Source: Rhizobium sp. Q54
GTDB taxonomy: Bacteria; Pseudomonadota; Alphaproteobacteria; Rhizobiales; Beijerinckiaceae
Length of the DNA: 59,370 nt
Direction of reading: 5' to 3'
Assembly: GCA_945901195.1 (NCBI GenBank)
Contig: CAMDKB010000001.1
Location: forward strand, 1 to 59,370
Under the pieces are notes generated by a model that was not told the DNA's origin, did no database searches, and worked only from the letters and a program-made list of their open reading frames with translations. Of the stretch, positions 37,415 through 48,300 are shown in pieces. Both the position numbers and the translations under genes were made by a program. Every line of letters begins with the position of its first letter. The first letter of the stretch is position 1.

Positions 37415-39922
37415 ATGAGACGGCGGCGTCGCTTTGGTAACGTTTGGCCGTTCGCGTCACGAGATGCGAGCCGCTGGACGATGAGTTCACTTTGTAAGAC
37501 GCGTATTTCCGGCGCTACGGCTTGCGTCATGCTGACGGCTGAAATGGCGTCAGCGGCAGAAGGATTGACAGCATTCGAGACGATGAAGGATACGCAGGGC
37601 ATTGCTGGCGTATCGGTCGTTGTCGCGCTTGTCATATTTTCGGCCAGCACAGCTATTCTGCACCTGACAGGGCGGCGCAGATGGACGCAGCGTGAAGAGC
37701 AGCTGACCAGTGATCTTGGCACAACCCGCAACGCACTTGATCGTGCAAATCTTTTTCTGTCTGCCGAACCGCAGATCGTAATCGCATGGGGCTCTGCTTC
37801 TGGTGAACCTGATATCGAGGGTGATCTGTCGCTTGTCATGGACGTGCCCGTGCCCCGGCGTGTGCTCGGCTTTGGTTCGTGGCTTACGCCTGACTCTGCC
37901 CAGAAGATCGAGCAATGTGTCGAACGCCTGCGCAGCCGGGGCGAGGGCTTTCGGCTGCCGCTTGTGAGCATCGCAGGCCGTCACATGGAAGCAGAGGGCC
38001 GGGCTGTTGGCGGGCGCGCTGTCATGCGTGTGCGCGACGTATCCGGCGACCGGCTTGAGCTGACGCAATTGCGCGAGCGTCACGCCAAAGCCTTGACCGA
38101 TGTAGAGACGCTCAAGACGCTCCTTGATGCAATACCCGACCCAGCCTGGACCCGCGATCAAGACCACAAGCTGGTTTGGGCGAATGCTGCTTTCGCCCGC
38201 GCTGTCGAAGCTGCGAATGGCGTTGAAGCTGTTGCAAAAGGCAACGAACTACTTGATGCGGGCTCACGTGCTCTGGCTATGGAACACCGCGCGAAAAGCG
38301 CGATCTGGCACGCACGGCTGCCGGCGGTTGTCGCCGGTCAACGACACCTTATGGAGATTTTCGATCTTCCCACAAATGGTGGTTCAGCGGGAATGGCGCA
38401 TGATCTTGCCGAACTTGAAGAAATTCGCAGAGATTTTGGTCGCCAGATGGAATCGCATGGGCGAACGCTTGATCAATTAAAAACAGCAGTAGCCATATTC
38501 GATGGCAAGAAGCGGCTGGTGTTTCACAACGCCGAATATCGCCGGCTTTGGTCCCTCGACGCGGCATTTCTTGATCAACGGCCAACGGATTCGGAAATTC
38601 TCGATCACCTCAGGGCGCAACGTAGACTGCCCGAGCAGGTTGACTTCAGGAGCTGGAAAGACTCGCTTCTTGCAGCCTATCACACCAATGATATGTCCGA
38701 ACAAGTTTGGCACCTGCCCGACGGACGTACATTGCGTGCAGTTCTCAATCCCAACCCGCAGGGCGGCATAACCTATCTCTATGATGATGTGACTGAACGT
38801 TATCATATAGAGTCCCAGTACAATGCGTTGATCCGCGTGCAAGGGGAAACGCTCGATACCTTGAAAGAAGGCGTCGCTGTTTTTGGTCCCGATGGGCGGT
38901 TGAAGCTCTACAATCCAGCATTTGCAAGCCAATGGCGGCTTGAAGAAGATAACCTCATTGATGAGCCGCACATCGATCAAGTCTTGCACCTGTGCACGCC
39001 GCTTGATGAGGATGCGAGGAACTGGTCGCAATTGCGGTCAATCGTTGCGGGCCTTCACGATACGCGCACTAGCTATGATCTTCGCATATATTGCAGCAAC
39101 GATCTGATCCTTGACGCAACGACCGCGCCGCTCTCGGATGGCGCGACCCTGCTCACCTTCACCGATGTCACCGCTGATGTAAAACACGCACGGGCTGTTG
39201 AAGAAGGTCAAAGACTTCGTGATGATTTCGTGCACCATGTTTCTTACGAGTTGCGCTCGCCACTTACCAATATCATTGGCTATGCGGAACTGCTTGGCGG
39301 TGAAAGCGTAGGGCCGCTGAACCCGAAACAGCGCGAGTATTCCGGTCACGTGCTGAAATCGTCCGCCGCGTTACTTGCCATCATCAACGATATTCTTGAT
39401 CTTGCAACCATCGACAACGATGGAATGGAATTGGCCTTGCAGGACGTCGACGTTGAAAAAACGATCGCCTCAGCGGTCGAAGGCGTTCAGGACAGATTGT
39501 CGGAAGCTGATATCAAGCTGAACGTGGTGGTCCCCAAGGACATTGGCGACTTTCACGCAGACGCCAATCGGGTTCGACAGGTCCTGTTCAACTTGCTGTC
39601 CAACGCCATTGGCTTTTCTTCGCCGGGGCAAACAGTCACCTTGGCGGCCTTGCGGCGTGGCGACCAGATGGTTTTCAAGATTACTGACCAGGGCCGGGGT
39701 ATACCAGCCGACGTTATCGCGCACGTCTTTGATCGTTTTCAAAGTCAGACTGTTGGATCGCGTCACCGTGGCGTTGGCCTTGGACTTTCCATCGTGCGTT
39801 CATTTGTCGAGCTGCATGGGGGTACAGTCACTGTCGATTCGGTGGCTGGCGAAGGCACTGTCGTCACGTGCATCTTTCCGGCCAATTGCGCGCAATTGCC
39901 GGTTGCCAGCCAAACTGCATGA
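37415..39922 (+). CDS. divL: DivL-like PAS-domain pseudo-histidine kinase
   Basis: Multiple PAS domains; H-box reads VSYELRSPL (Tyr instead of His); conserved position between ahcY and tsaE; start uncertain. Confidence 0.85.
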   Translation: MRRRRRFGNVWPFASRDASRWTMSSLCKTRISGATACVMLTAEMASAAEGLTAFETMKDTQGIAGVSVVVALVIFSASTAILHLTGRRRWTQREEQLTSDLGTTRNALDRANLFLSAEPQIVIAWGSASGEPDIEGDLSLVMDVPVPRRVLGFGSWLTPDSAQKIEQCVERLRSRGEGFRLPLVSIAGRHMEAEGRAVGGRAVMRVRDVSGDRLELTQLRERHAKALTDVETLKTLLDAIPDPAWTRDQDHKLVWANAAFARAVEAANGVEAVAKGNELLDAGSRALAMEHRAKSAIWHARLPAVVAGQRHLMEIFDLPTNGGSAGMAHDLAELEEIRRDFGRQMESHGRTLDQLKTAVAIFDGKKRLVFHNAEYRRLWSLDAAFLDQRPTDSEILDHLRAQRRLPEQVDFRSWKDSLLAAYHTNDMSEQVWHLPDGRTLRAVLNPNPQGGITYLYDDVTERYHIESQYNALIRVQGETLDTLKEGVAVFGPDGRLKLYNPAFASQWRLEEDNLIDEPHIDQVLHLCTPLDEDARNWSQLRSIVAGLHDTRTSYDLRIYCSNDLILDATTAPLSDGATLLTFTDVTADVKHARAVEEGQRLRDDFVHHVSYELRSPLTNIIGYAELLGGESVGPLNPKQREYSGHVLKSSAALLAIINDILDLATIDNDGMELALQDVDVEKTIASAVEGVQDRLSEADIKLNVVVPKDIGDFHADANRVRQVLFNLLSNAIGFSSPGQTVTLAALRRGDQMVFKITDQGRGIPADVIAHVFDRFQSQTVGSRHRGVGLGLSIVRSFVELHGGTVTVDSVAGEGTVVTCIFPANCAQLPVASQTA

Positions 39923-41490
39923 TGGAGCCGCGCCACCGCATGAAAACTGCCGGACAAAATGAAGATCTGAATTCATCTGTGTGGTGGCTGGATCTTCCGG
40001 ATGAAGCGGCGACGGCAGCGCTTGCGCGGCATATTTCGGAACTCGTAACTTCAGGAGATCTGCTCACTCTGTCAGGCGATCTTGGTGCAGGTAAAACCAG
40101 TTTTGCAAGAGCACTGATCCGCCACATCTGCCGTGATGAAGAACTGGAAGTGCCAAGCCCAACTTTCACGCTGATGCAAATTTACAGCGGCCCGTCGTTT
40201 CCTGTTGTTCATGCAGATCTCTATCGCATCAAGTCTGCAGACGAACTGGTTGAATTGGGCTGGGATGAAGCTGCAGAAGGCGCTCTGGTCATAGTCGAAT
40301 GGCCTGATCGAGCGGGCGACAAGTTGCCGCTGGACAGGCTTGATATTGCCCTTTTTGTCGAGCCTGCACAGGGCGATACCTGGCGGCGTGCGAAGCTCAC
40401 AGGCCATGGCGCGTTTGCGCAAAAGCTTGCCCGCGCCAAAGGGATTGATCGACTGCTGGTTCGCGCTGGCTGGGCGGACGCCCGCCGCAGCTTCATGCTG
40501 GGTGACGCCTCCAGCCGTGCCTATGAGCGGTTGCAAAAGCCTGATGGCCAGCAGGCCGTGTTGATGATTTCGCCGCCACGACCGGACGGCCCGCCTGTGC
40601 GCTACGGCAAGCCGTATAGTGCGATTGCGAGGCTTGCCGAAGATATACGGCCTTTTATCGCTGTGGCCGAAGCGCTGCGTGCTCAGGATTTGTCGGCGCC
40701 CAATATCCATGCCGCCGATCTTGAGACGGGGCTTGCGATCATTGAGGATCTGGGAAGCGATCCGTTCGTCGACGCAAAGGGTCCGATAGCTGAAAGATAT
40801 GGTGAAGCCGTGGCGGTGCTGGCAAAATTGCACAGCACGCAATTGCCGGAAGCAATACCGCTTGGAGCGGATACCTATCGAATCCCGCCTTACGATATTG
40901 ACGCCCTGATTATCGAAGTTGAACTACTGACAGAATGGTACACGCAACACGCGTCCATTCATCTTTCATCGGGTGCGGCGGCCACGTTCATCAATCTCTG
41001 GCGTGCCGTATTAAAGGAAATGGTCGATGGACCGAAGACATGGGTTTTACGCGATTATCATTCGCCAAATCTGATCTGGCTTGCAGACCGCGAGGGATTG
41101 CAGCGGGTGGGCATTATCGATTTTCAGGATTGTGTCATGGGTTCGCCAGCCTATGATGTGGCTTCGCTTCTGCAGGATGCCCGGGTCACGGTACCCAATG
41201 AGCTTGAGCTCAAGCTTTTGTCGCACTATGCCCGTCAACGCCTTGCACGCGATCCGCAATTCGACATGAGTTTGTTTGCGCGTGCTTATGCCATCATGGC
41301 TGCGCAAAGAGCCACAAAAATCTTGGGGATTTTTGCGCGCCTGGACCGGCGTGACCGCAAGCCGCAATATCTGGCGCATATGCCGCGAATTCAGAATTAT
41401 CTTGCTAAGAGTCTCCAGCATCCGGCATTATCTGAATTGAAAATCTGGTACGAAACGTATTTGCCGGCGGTATTCGGCGCCGGATCCTGA
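39919..41490 (+). CDS. tsaE: Fused TsaE ATPase / AmgK-like phosphotransferase
   Basis: GDLGAGKT, SPTF, HADLYR, EWP followed by GDAS.R.Y.R, RDYHSPN, DFQD; ATGA overlap with divL. Confidence 0.9.
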   Translation: MMEPRHRMKTAGQNEDLNSSVWWLDLPDEAATAALARHISELVTSGDLLTLSGDLGAGKTSFARALIRHICRDEELEVPSPTFTLMQIYSGPSFPVVHADLYRIKSADELVELGWDEAAEGALVIVEWPDRAGDKLPLDRLDIALFVEPAQGDTWRRAKLTGHGAFAQKLARAKGIDRLLVRAGWADARRSFMLGDASSRAYERLQKPDGQQAVLMISPPRPDGPPVRYGKPYSAIARLAEDIRPFIAVAEALRAQDLSAPNIHAADLETGLAIIEDLGSDPFVDAKGPIAERYGEAVAVLAKLHSTQLPEAIPLGADTYRIPPYDIDALIIEVELLTEWYTQHASIHLSSGAAATFINLWRAVLKEMVDGPKTWVLRDYHSPNLIWLADREGLQRVGIIDFQDCVMGSPAYDVASLLQDARVTVPNELELKLLSHYARQRLARDPQFDMSLFARAYAIMAAQRATKILGIFARLDRRDRKPQYLAHMPRIQNYLAKSLQHPALSELKIWYETYLPAVFGAGS

Positions 41491-41509
41491 TCTGCAGGAA
41501 CGCGCACTT

Positions 41510-42238
41510 ATGACTTCAAGGTACATGCCGGAAATTGCCATGGTTTTTGCGGCAGGACTGGGCACGCGCATGCGGCCCGTCACCGACACAATGCCCAAAC
41601 CGCTGATAAAAGTGGGCGGACGCGCCTTGATCGACCACAGCCTCGACCGTTTTGCAGAAGCAGGCGTCAAAAAGGCCATCGTCAACGTCCATTACCTGCC
41701 TGACATGGTCATCGAACATTTGCTTAAGCGCGCGCAGCCGGAAATCATAATTTCTGATGAACGTGACAAATTGCTCGATCAAGGTGGCGGCATTTGCAAG
41801 GTTCTGGACCAGTTTGAAGGAAAGCCATTCTTCGTCTGCAATACTGATGCCTTCTGGATTGAAGGCCTTTCGAATAATCTGCAGGAGTTGGCAGCAGTCT
41901 GGGATGAAGAAATAATGGATATCCTGCTACTGGTAGCATCCACGCCTCATAGTATCGGTGTGGACTGGCCAGGTGATTTCACGATGGACAAGGATGGGCG
42001 GCTGATCAAGCGCGCCGAGAAGGAAGTGGCGCCTTTCGTTTATTCCGGCATCGGCATTATCAAAGTCGATTTATTTTCCGCCGAGACCCGCGAAATATTC
42101 GGACTGGCGCAGTATTTCTTTCAGGCTGCGCAAAGGGGAAGATTGTACGGCAAGCGGCTCGATGGCCAGTGGTTGCATGTGGGGCGGCCGGAAACAATTG
42201 CTGAAGCCGAAGAAGCTGTTGCAAGATCGGCGCTTTAA
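41510..42238 (+). CDS. murU: Nucleotidyltransferase, MurU-like
   Basis: AAGLGTRMRP.T...PKPL, NVHY, WLHVG; follows the amgK-like domain. Confidence 0.8.
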   Translation: MTSRYMPEIAMVFAAGLGTRMRPVTDTMPKPLIKVGGRALIDHSLDRFAEAGVKKAIVNVHYLPDMVIEHLLKRAQPEIIISDERDKLLDQGGGICKVLDQFEGKPFFVCNTDAFWIEGLSNNLQELAAVWDEEIMDILLLVASTPHSIGVDWPGDFTMDKDGRLIKRAEKEVAPFVYSGIGIIKVDLFSAETREIFGLAQYFFQAAQRGRLYGKRLDGQWLHVGRPETIAEAEEAVARSAL

Positions 42239-45200
42239 ATGCAAGCGGCCACATTTCGCCGGCACGTATTTACGATATCGCCAGGGGTCGCGTTTTTGCC
42301 GGCTTTCGCGAGAGCATTGCTTGCTGGCGAGGTTATTTCAGGATTTCCCGCAAGAGATGATCCATTCGCACTTAGCAAGGCCAGAATTTTCGTTCCCACC
42401 CGAAGAGCAGCGCGCGCGCTGATCAACGAAATTGCATCTTTGGTTTCAAAACCTTCAGTGCTGTTGCCGACTATTGTGCCGCTGGGTGCAATGGATGAAA
42501 GCGAAACGGCCTCGCTTTTCGAAACCGACCCGCTGGTATTTACCCGACCGGATGTGGTGCGCGAAGGCGAGCGAAGACTTGTACTTGCAAAGATGATTCT
42601 TGCGTGGGGCGAGAATCTTCGCAACGCGATACTCTATGTCGATGGTCCCCGTTTTGTGACGAATGCAGACGAGTCCATGCTTGTCACAACATCGCCAGCA
42701 CAAGCCTATCAGCTTGCCGGAGATCTTGGATTGCTGATCGACGAGATGACGATCGAAGGCATTGATCCTTCCCAGCTCAAATTTCTCTTGCCCGATGGGC
42801 TTGATAAATATTGGGGTATCACACTCGAATTTCTGAAGATCGCCTTTGAAGCCTGGCCGGCTCATCTTGCCGAGCGCTGCCTTGAAGACAGGGCGCAGAG
42901 ACAAGCGGCTTTGATCGAATATGAAATCGGCAGGCTGCATGAAGCAGTTGATCCAGACCCTCAAATTGTCATCGGTTCGACCGGAACAAACATTGCCACA
43001 GCAAAGCTCATGGCAGCTATCGTGACGCTGAGACATGGCGCAGTGGTGTTGCCCGGTCTTGATCTTGATATGGATCACGCAACCTGGTCGCTCATAGGCG
43101 GCAAGGGCGAGGGTGATAAAAAAGCGCCGCCCGCTCACGGTCATCCGCAAGCCGCCATGCGCCGGTTGCTTGATGTCATAGGTATTTCCCGCGCAGATGT
43201 TCATGAGATCGGGACGCCTGATGTCGTCCTGAAACAGCGTATGAGTCTGGTTCGCGAGGCGCTTCGTCCCGCCGAGTCAACCGAACATTGGTTGCATTGG
43301 CGAAAACAGGCGATTGAAGCTCATGTGCAGGAATCGCTTGGAGATGTTACCTTCATTGATGCGGATGATGAACGCACAGAAGCTCTGAGTATTGCGATTG
43401 CCTTACGCAAAGCGCTGATTGATCCAGCGACGACCGCGGCGCTTGTTACTCCTGATCGTGATTTGGCCCGCCGGGTCCGCACAGAATTGCTGCGTTGGAA
43501 AATAGAAGCCGACGATTCCGGCGGCGATCCGTTGTCCGGTGAGCCTGCAGGAATTTTCGCCAAACTGGTTCTCGAATGCTCCAGCAGTCGCAGCAATAAT
43601 GCAGCGATTCTTGCGCTGCTTGATCATTCCAGTGTTCGCCTTGGCTATAGCGCCGCTAAATATGGCAGATTACGTGCTCTTGCGGAAATTGCAGTGCTGC
43701 GGGGCATAACCTGGAATTTAAACGAGCCGGAAACAGGAATCGCCCTTGCCAAGGCTTCTGCCCAGGAGGTTCATGCGCATCAATTGAAACGCGGTATTCG
43801 CGATGAAGACTGGACGGAACTGGAAGTGTTTTTCCAGCGCTTGCGTGAGGCTTTGTCACCGCTGCGCGCAATTCGCAATCAGGGAAGTCTAAAATCTTAT
43901 ATTGAAGCACATTCAGATGTTATCGCTGAACTGAAGAAAAGTGACGCGGACGAGAATGATTTATTGTCTGATGAGGATGAACTTTCGTTACAGAGCCTGT
44001 TCGAAACATTTTATGTGATCGATTATCCCTACTTTGCCTTGACGATCGAGAGTTACACGTCGTTGTTTACGCTTCTGGTTCGCGAAACCGTGGTCCGTGG
44101 GCCGCGGCGAGCGCATCCGCGTGTAAAGATACTGGGACTTCTGGAAGCCAGACTTCTCAGCGCAGACTTGATGGTTCTGGCAGGCCTTGATGAATCCGTA
44201 TGGCCGCCTACCGCGCGTACAGATGCCTTTCTCAATCGTCCAATGCGAGCTGACCTCGGGTTGAGTTCGCCGGAGCGCCGCATAGGGCAGACAGCTCACG
44301 ACTTTGTTGAAGCCATGGGCGCGCGAAAAGTTATTCTTACACGCGCTAAAAAGCGTGGCGGCTCGCCGGCTGTGCCTTCTCGCTTTGTGCAACGCATTGC
44401 TGCCTTGGCAGGACAAAATTGGACTATATGCCAAGAGCGCGGAAATGAGCTTTTGCGTATGGCGCACCATATCGACAGTACGCCTGGGGAACCCAAGCCC
44501 GTGAAGCGGCCGGAACCTCGCCCTGCCCTCGACTTACGTCCCAAAGGGCTCAGCATCACACAGATTGAAAAGTGGCGGCGAGATCCCTACGCGATTTATG
44601 CGCAGCGTATTCTTGGGCTGGAGCCACTTGAATTGGTCGATGCCGAAGATGGATTGCGGGAAACAGGCACAAGATTGCATGAAGTGTTTTCCGCGTTTCA
44701 CGTCCAAAATCCTGCGGGGCCCTTGCCCGCCAATGCTCTGCCTCAACTTATTGCTTTGGCGGAATCCGTTTTTACCGGGCAATTGCAGAATCCGGATTTT
44801 GCAACCTTCAAATGGCCAGATATTCTTGCTTCGCTCAAATCCTTTGTTGCTTGGGAAAGTGATCGTCGATCAACTGCTGTCCGCATAGAAGTGGAGCAGA
44901 GCGGGAAGTTGGAGATTGCACTGAACGATGGATCAATATTCACGCTGACGGGACGCGCCGATCGGTTCGAAACAGATCCTGAAAACCAGGTAACAATCGT
45001 CGACTACAAGAGCGGTTCTATTCCCGCCAAAAGGCAAATTAACGCTGGTTTTGCACCACAACTAACATTGGAAGCTGCCATGATCGAACGTGGCGCATTC
45101 AAATGTTTTCCAAAGGGTACAAAAGTTTCGCAGGCCCTTTATGTACCCATTGGAAAAGATGAAGATATAGAACCCGCATCAGTAGGCAACAAAGATAAGT

Positions 45201-45379
45201 CATTTGAGCAACTCGTAAAGGAGCATTTTGATGGCTTGCTCGAGTTGGCCAATCAGTTTCGTGATCCGCAGACCGCTTATCTGCCGCGACCACTTGCTGA
45301 GTTCAAAGATAAATATGGCGAGTATGATCTTCTTGCACGAGTGAAAGAATGGGCTTCGAATACCGATGAGGAATCCTGA
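42239..45379 (+). CDS. addB: Double-strand break repair protein AddB
   Basis: VPTRRAAR, GSTG, HPQ, LVTPDR.LARRV, RDPYAIYA, nuclease GRADR..DYKSG. Confidence 0.95.
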   Translation: MQAATFRRHVFTISPGVAFLPAFARALLAGEVISGFPARDDPFALSKARIFVPTRRAARALINEIASLVSKPSVLLPTIVPLGAMDESETASLFETDPLVFTRPDVVREGERRLVLAKMILAWGENLRNAILYVDGPRFVTNADESMLVTTSPAQAYQLAGDLGLLIDEMTIEGIDPSQLKFLLPDGLDKYWGITLEFLKIAFEAWPAHLAERCLEDRAQRQAALIEYEIGRLHEAVDPDPQIVIGSTGTNIATAKLMAAIVTLRHGAVVLPGLDLDMDHATWSLIGGKGEGDKKAPPAHGHPQAAMRRLLDVIGISRADVHEIGTPDVVLKQRMSLVREALRPAESTEHWLHWRKQAIEAHVQESLGDVTFIDADDERTEALSIAIALRKALIDPATTAALVTPDRDLARRVRTELLRWKIEADDSGGDPLSGEPAGIFAKLVLECSSSRSNNAAILALLDHSSVRLGYSAAKYGRLRALAEIAVLRGITWNLNEPETGIALAKASAQEVHAHQLKRGIRDEDWTELEVFFQRLREALSPLRAIRNQGSLKSYIEAHSDVIAELKKSDADENDLLSDEDELSLQSLFETFYVIDYPYFALTIESYTSLFTLLVRETVVRGPRRAHPRVKILGLLEARLLSADLMVLAGLDESVWPPTARTDAFLNRPMRADLGLSSPERRIGQTAHDFVEAMGARKVILTRAKKRGGSPAVPSRFVQRIAALAGQNWTICQERGNELLRMAHHIDSTPGEPKPVKRPEPRPALDLRPKGLSITQIEKWRRDPYAIYAQRILGLEPLELVDAEDGLRETGTRLHEVFSAFHVQNPAGPLPANALPQLIALAESVFTGQLQNPDFATFKWPDILASLKSFVAWESDRRSTAVRIEVEQSGKLEIALNDGSIFTLTGRADRFETDPENQVTIVDYKSGSIPAKRQINAGFAPQLTLEAAMIERGAFKCFPKGTKVSQALYVPIGKDEDIEPASVGNKDKSFEQLVKEHFDGLLELANQFRDPQTAYLPRPLAEFKDKYGEYDLLARVKEWASNTDEES

Positions 45380-48300
45380 TGGCTCATTGGCCCATTCCTG
45401 CGAAGACAGCTGCGGACCAACTCAAGGCGTCCAGCCCGGCCAGCTCTGCCTGGGTTCATGCCAATGCGGGCTCTGGTAAAACGCACGTTCTGGCACAGCG
45501 TGTTGTGCGATTGCTGCTTGCCGGTGCGGAACCTTCCAAAATTCTATGTTTGACTTTCACGAAGGCCGCAGCCGCGAATATGTCGATGCGCGTGTTTTCG
45601 ATTTTGTCCAAGTGGACGGAGTACGATGATATCCGCCTGAGAGAAGAAATCCGCGCTTTTGGCGGATCCGGCGATATCAAGCTGGAAGACGCCCGCAGGC
45701 TTTTTGCGCGCGCGGTGGAGACGCCAGGCGGTCTCAAGATACAAACGATACACGCATTCTGTGAACGCATCCTGCATTTGTTTCCTTTTGAAGCGAACGT
45801 CCCATCCCGATTTGAAGCGGTTGATGACGAACGCCAGGCATTGTTGATGGACGAAGCGCGCGAATATGCGCTTATGACGGCAATCAATTCGCCAGAATCG
45901 CCATTGGGACAAGCTGTTCGTTTGGTTGCGTTGGAAGCATCCGGCAAGACGTTCGGTGGTCTGCTCAAGAGCGCACTCAACATACGCGCCACCGTGCGCG
46001 CGGCAGCCGATTTGCAATCTGAGCGATTTGAGCGTGAGCTTGCAGTGCGTATGGGGCTCGGGCCGAATGACAGCCTTGAGTCTATCACGCGGGAGATTTT
46101 GACGGGCGGCATTTCCACGCGGCGTTGGAGTGATATTGTTGAAGCTCTGGAACTGAGCGGGGGCAATGACGCCAAGGTCGCTGCGCGGTATCGACTTTCA
46201 CATTCAGCGGCGGATGAAGAATCACGGTTGTCGAGTTATCTTGATATTTTCCTGACAGGGAAAGGGGAAGCGCGCCAAGGTCGATTAGTCAAGAAAAGTA
46301 TAGATGAATCAATAGCTGCAGATATTGAGGAAGAGAAAGTTCGTACTCTTGCGCTGCTTGAAAAAATCAAGTCAGCGCGCATTGTTCGAAGAAGCGCAGC
46401 GTTACAAAAAATATGTGATGAAATCCTGAGTGGATATGCCCGGTTGAAGCAGGCTCAAAATCTTTTGGATTTCGACGACCTCATCGAACGGATGTTGAAC
46501 CTGTTCACGCGGTCAGATGCGGGCTGGGTGCTTTATAAGCTGGATGCCGGGATAGACCACATACTTGTCGATGAGGCGCAGGATACTTCGCCACAGCAAT
46601 GGCGCATCCTGAAGAAGCTGGCGGACGAATTCTTTTCCGGTGAGAGCGCCAGGACAAAGGCGCGCACGTTTTTTGCTGTCGGCGACGAAAAGCAATCGAT
46701 ATTTTCTTTTCAAGGTGCAGCGCCAAGAGAGTTTGCCGGAAATGCCAGGCTTTTTGGAAAGCAGGTTGTTGATGCCAAGATGAGTTTTGAAAATGTTAAG
46801 CTTCAACACTCGTTTCGATCTTCCCAAATTATCCTTGATGCTGTGGACAAAGTATTTTCTCTCGCGGAGAATTACAAAGGATTATCCATAGACGATGAGA
46901 AGAGAACGGTTCACGTAGCTTGGAAAGTTGGCTTGCAAGGTCTTGTCGAGATCTGGGATTTTGTCTCTCCGCTTGAAAAGCCTGTGCCAGAGAACTGGCG
47001 CATGCCCGTCGATGCTCTTTCGGAGAATGCTCCGGCCTCCATTCTTGCCCGACAAATTGCACTTCGAATTCGTACGATGCTGGATCCGGACTCGCGCGAA
47101 GCTGTGCATGACAGTAACGGAATTCCACGCTCCGTTCGTGCTGGTGATATTCTCATACTGGTGCGGCGTCGCAATGCATTCTTCGATGCGGTCATTCGCG
47201 AGTTAAAGGTCGCTGGCGTCCCGGTAGCAGGTGCCGACCGGCTGAAGCTTATGGAACATATTGCTGTGATGGATCTGGTCGCGGCGGGGCGTGCGGCCTT
47301 GTTGCCAGAGGATGAACTCACGCTGGCTTGTGTTCTCAAGTCGCCATTCTTCGGGTTTGATGACGACGATTTGTTGCGGCTGGCTCCCAATCGTACAGGC
47401 AATCTGTTTGTCGAACTGGGGCAATCAAAAGTGTCGAAAGATCGCGAAGCGTTTGCTCGCATCACAGCCTGGGGTGTGGCGGCGCGGGATTTCGGGCCCT
47501 TCAATTTTTATGCGCAACTTCTGGGGGCAGAAGGTGGACGGCGCGCCATTCTGGCTCGTCTTGGTAGCGAGGCTGGTGATGCCATCGATGAGTTTTTGCG
47601 GCTGGCTTTGCAATGGGAACATGATGAAGCCGCTTCGCTCACCGCTTTTCTGCATCGCATGCAGGGTGCTTCGCTGGAAATCAAACGCGATATGGAGGCG
47701 GCGGGCGAGTCTGTTCGCGTGATGACGGTGCATGCAGCCAAAGGCCTCGAGGCCAAGATTGTGTTCATGCCCGATACGGCTTCCAAACCCGCAGGGCAAA
47801 ACGATCCGCGACTGATCAAATTTCCTGCCGGGCAGGAAATTGATCTGCCAGTCTGGCGAAGCCGTGCCGTGGAAAATCCCGAGGCTGTCAAACTTGTCAT
47901 GGATCAATTGAAAGCGGATCAGGAGGACGAATACCGACGGCTGCTTTATGTTGCCATGACGCGGGCGGAAGAACGCCTTTATATATGCGGTTATCTCGGC
48001 GCACGCGATGCGCCCGAAGGATGCTGGTACAAAATGGTGGCAGCTTCGCTTGGCCCGGATTTGGAAAGCGTGCCTGGGCATCCTGATGGTGGAAATGTCT
48101 GGCGCATGGGCGGGGTCGATCTTCTTGCGCAACCTGTTTCAAATTCAAAGCTTGCAAGTGCTTCCGAAGATTGCCCCTGGCTCTTTACTGCGGTTACTGC
48201 GGAATTTGCGCCCCAACCGCCGCTTCGGCCATCTCATGTTCTGGCCGCTGCCGACCAGATGGACCCGAGTGGTGGAGACAGCGTGACTTTGGCGCGCAAT

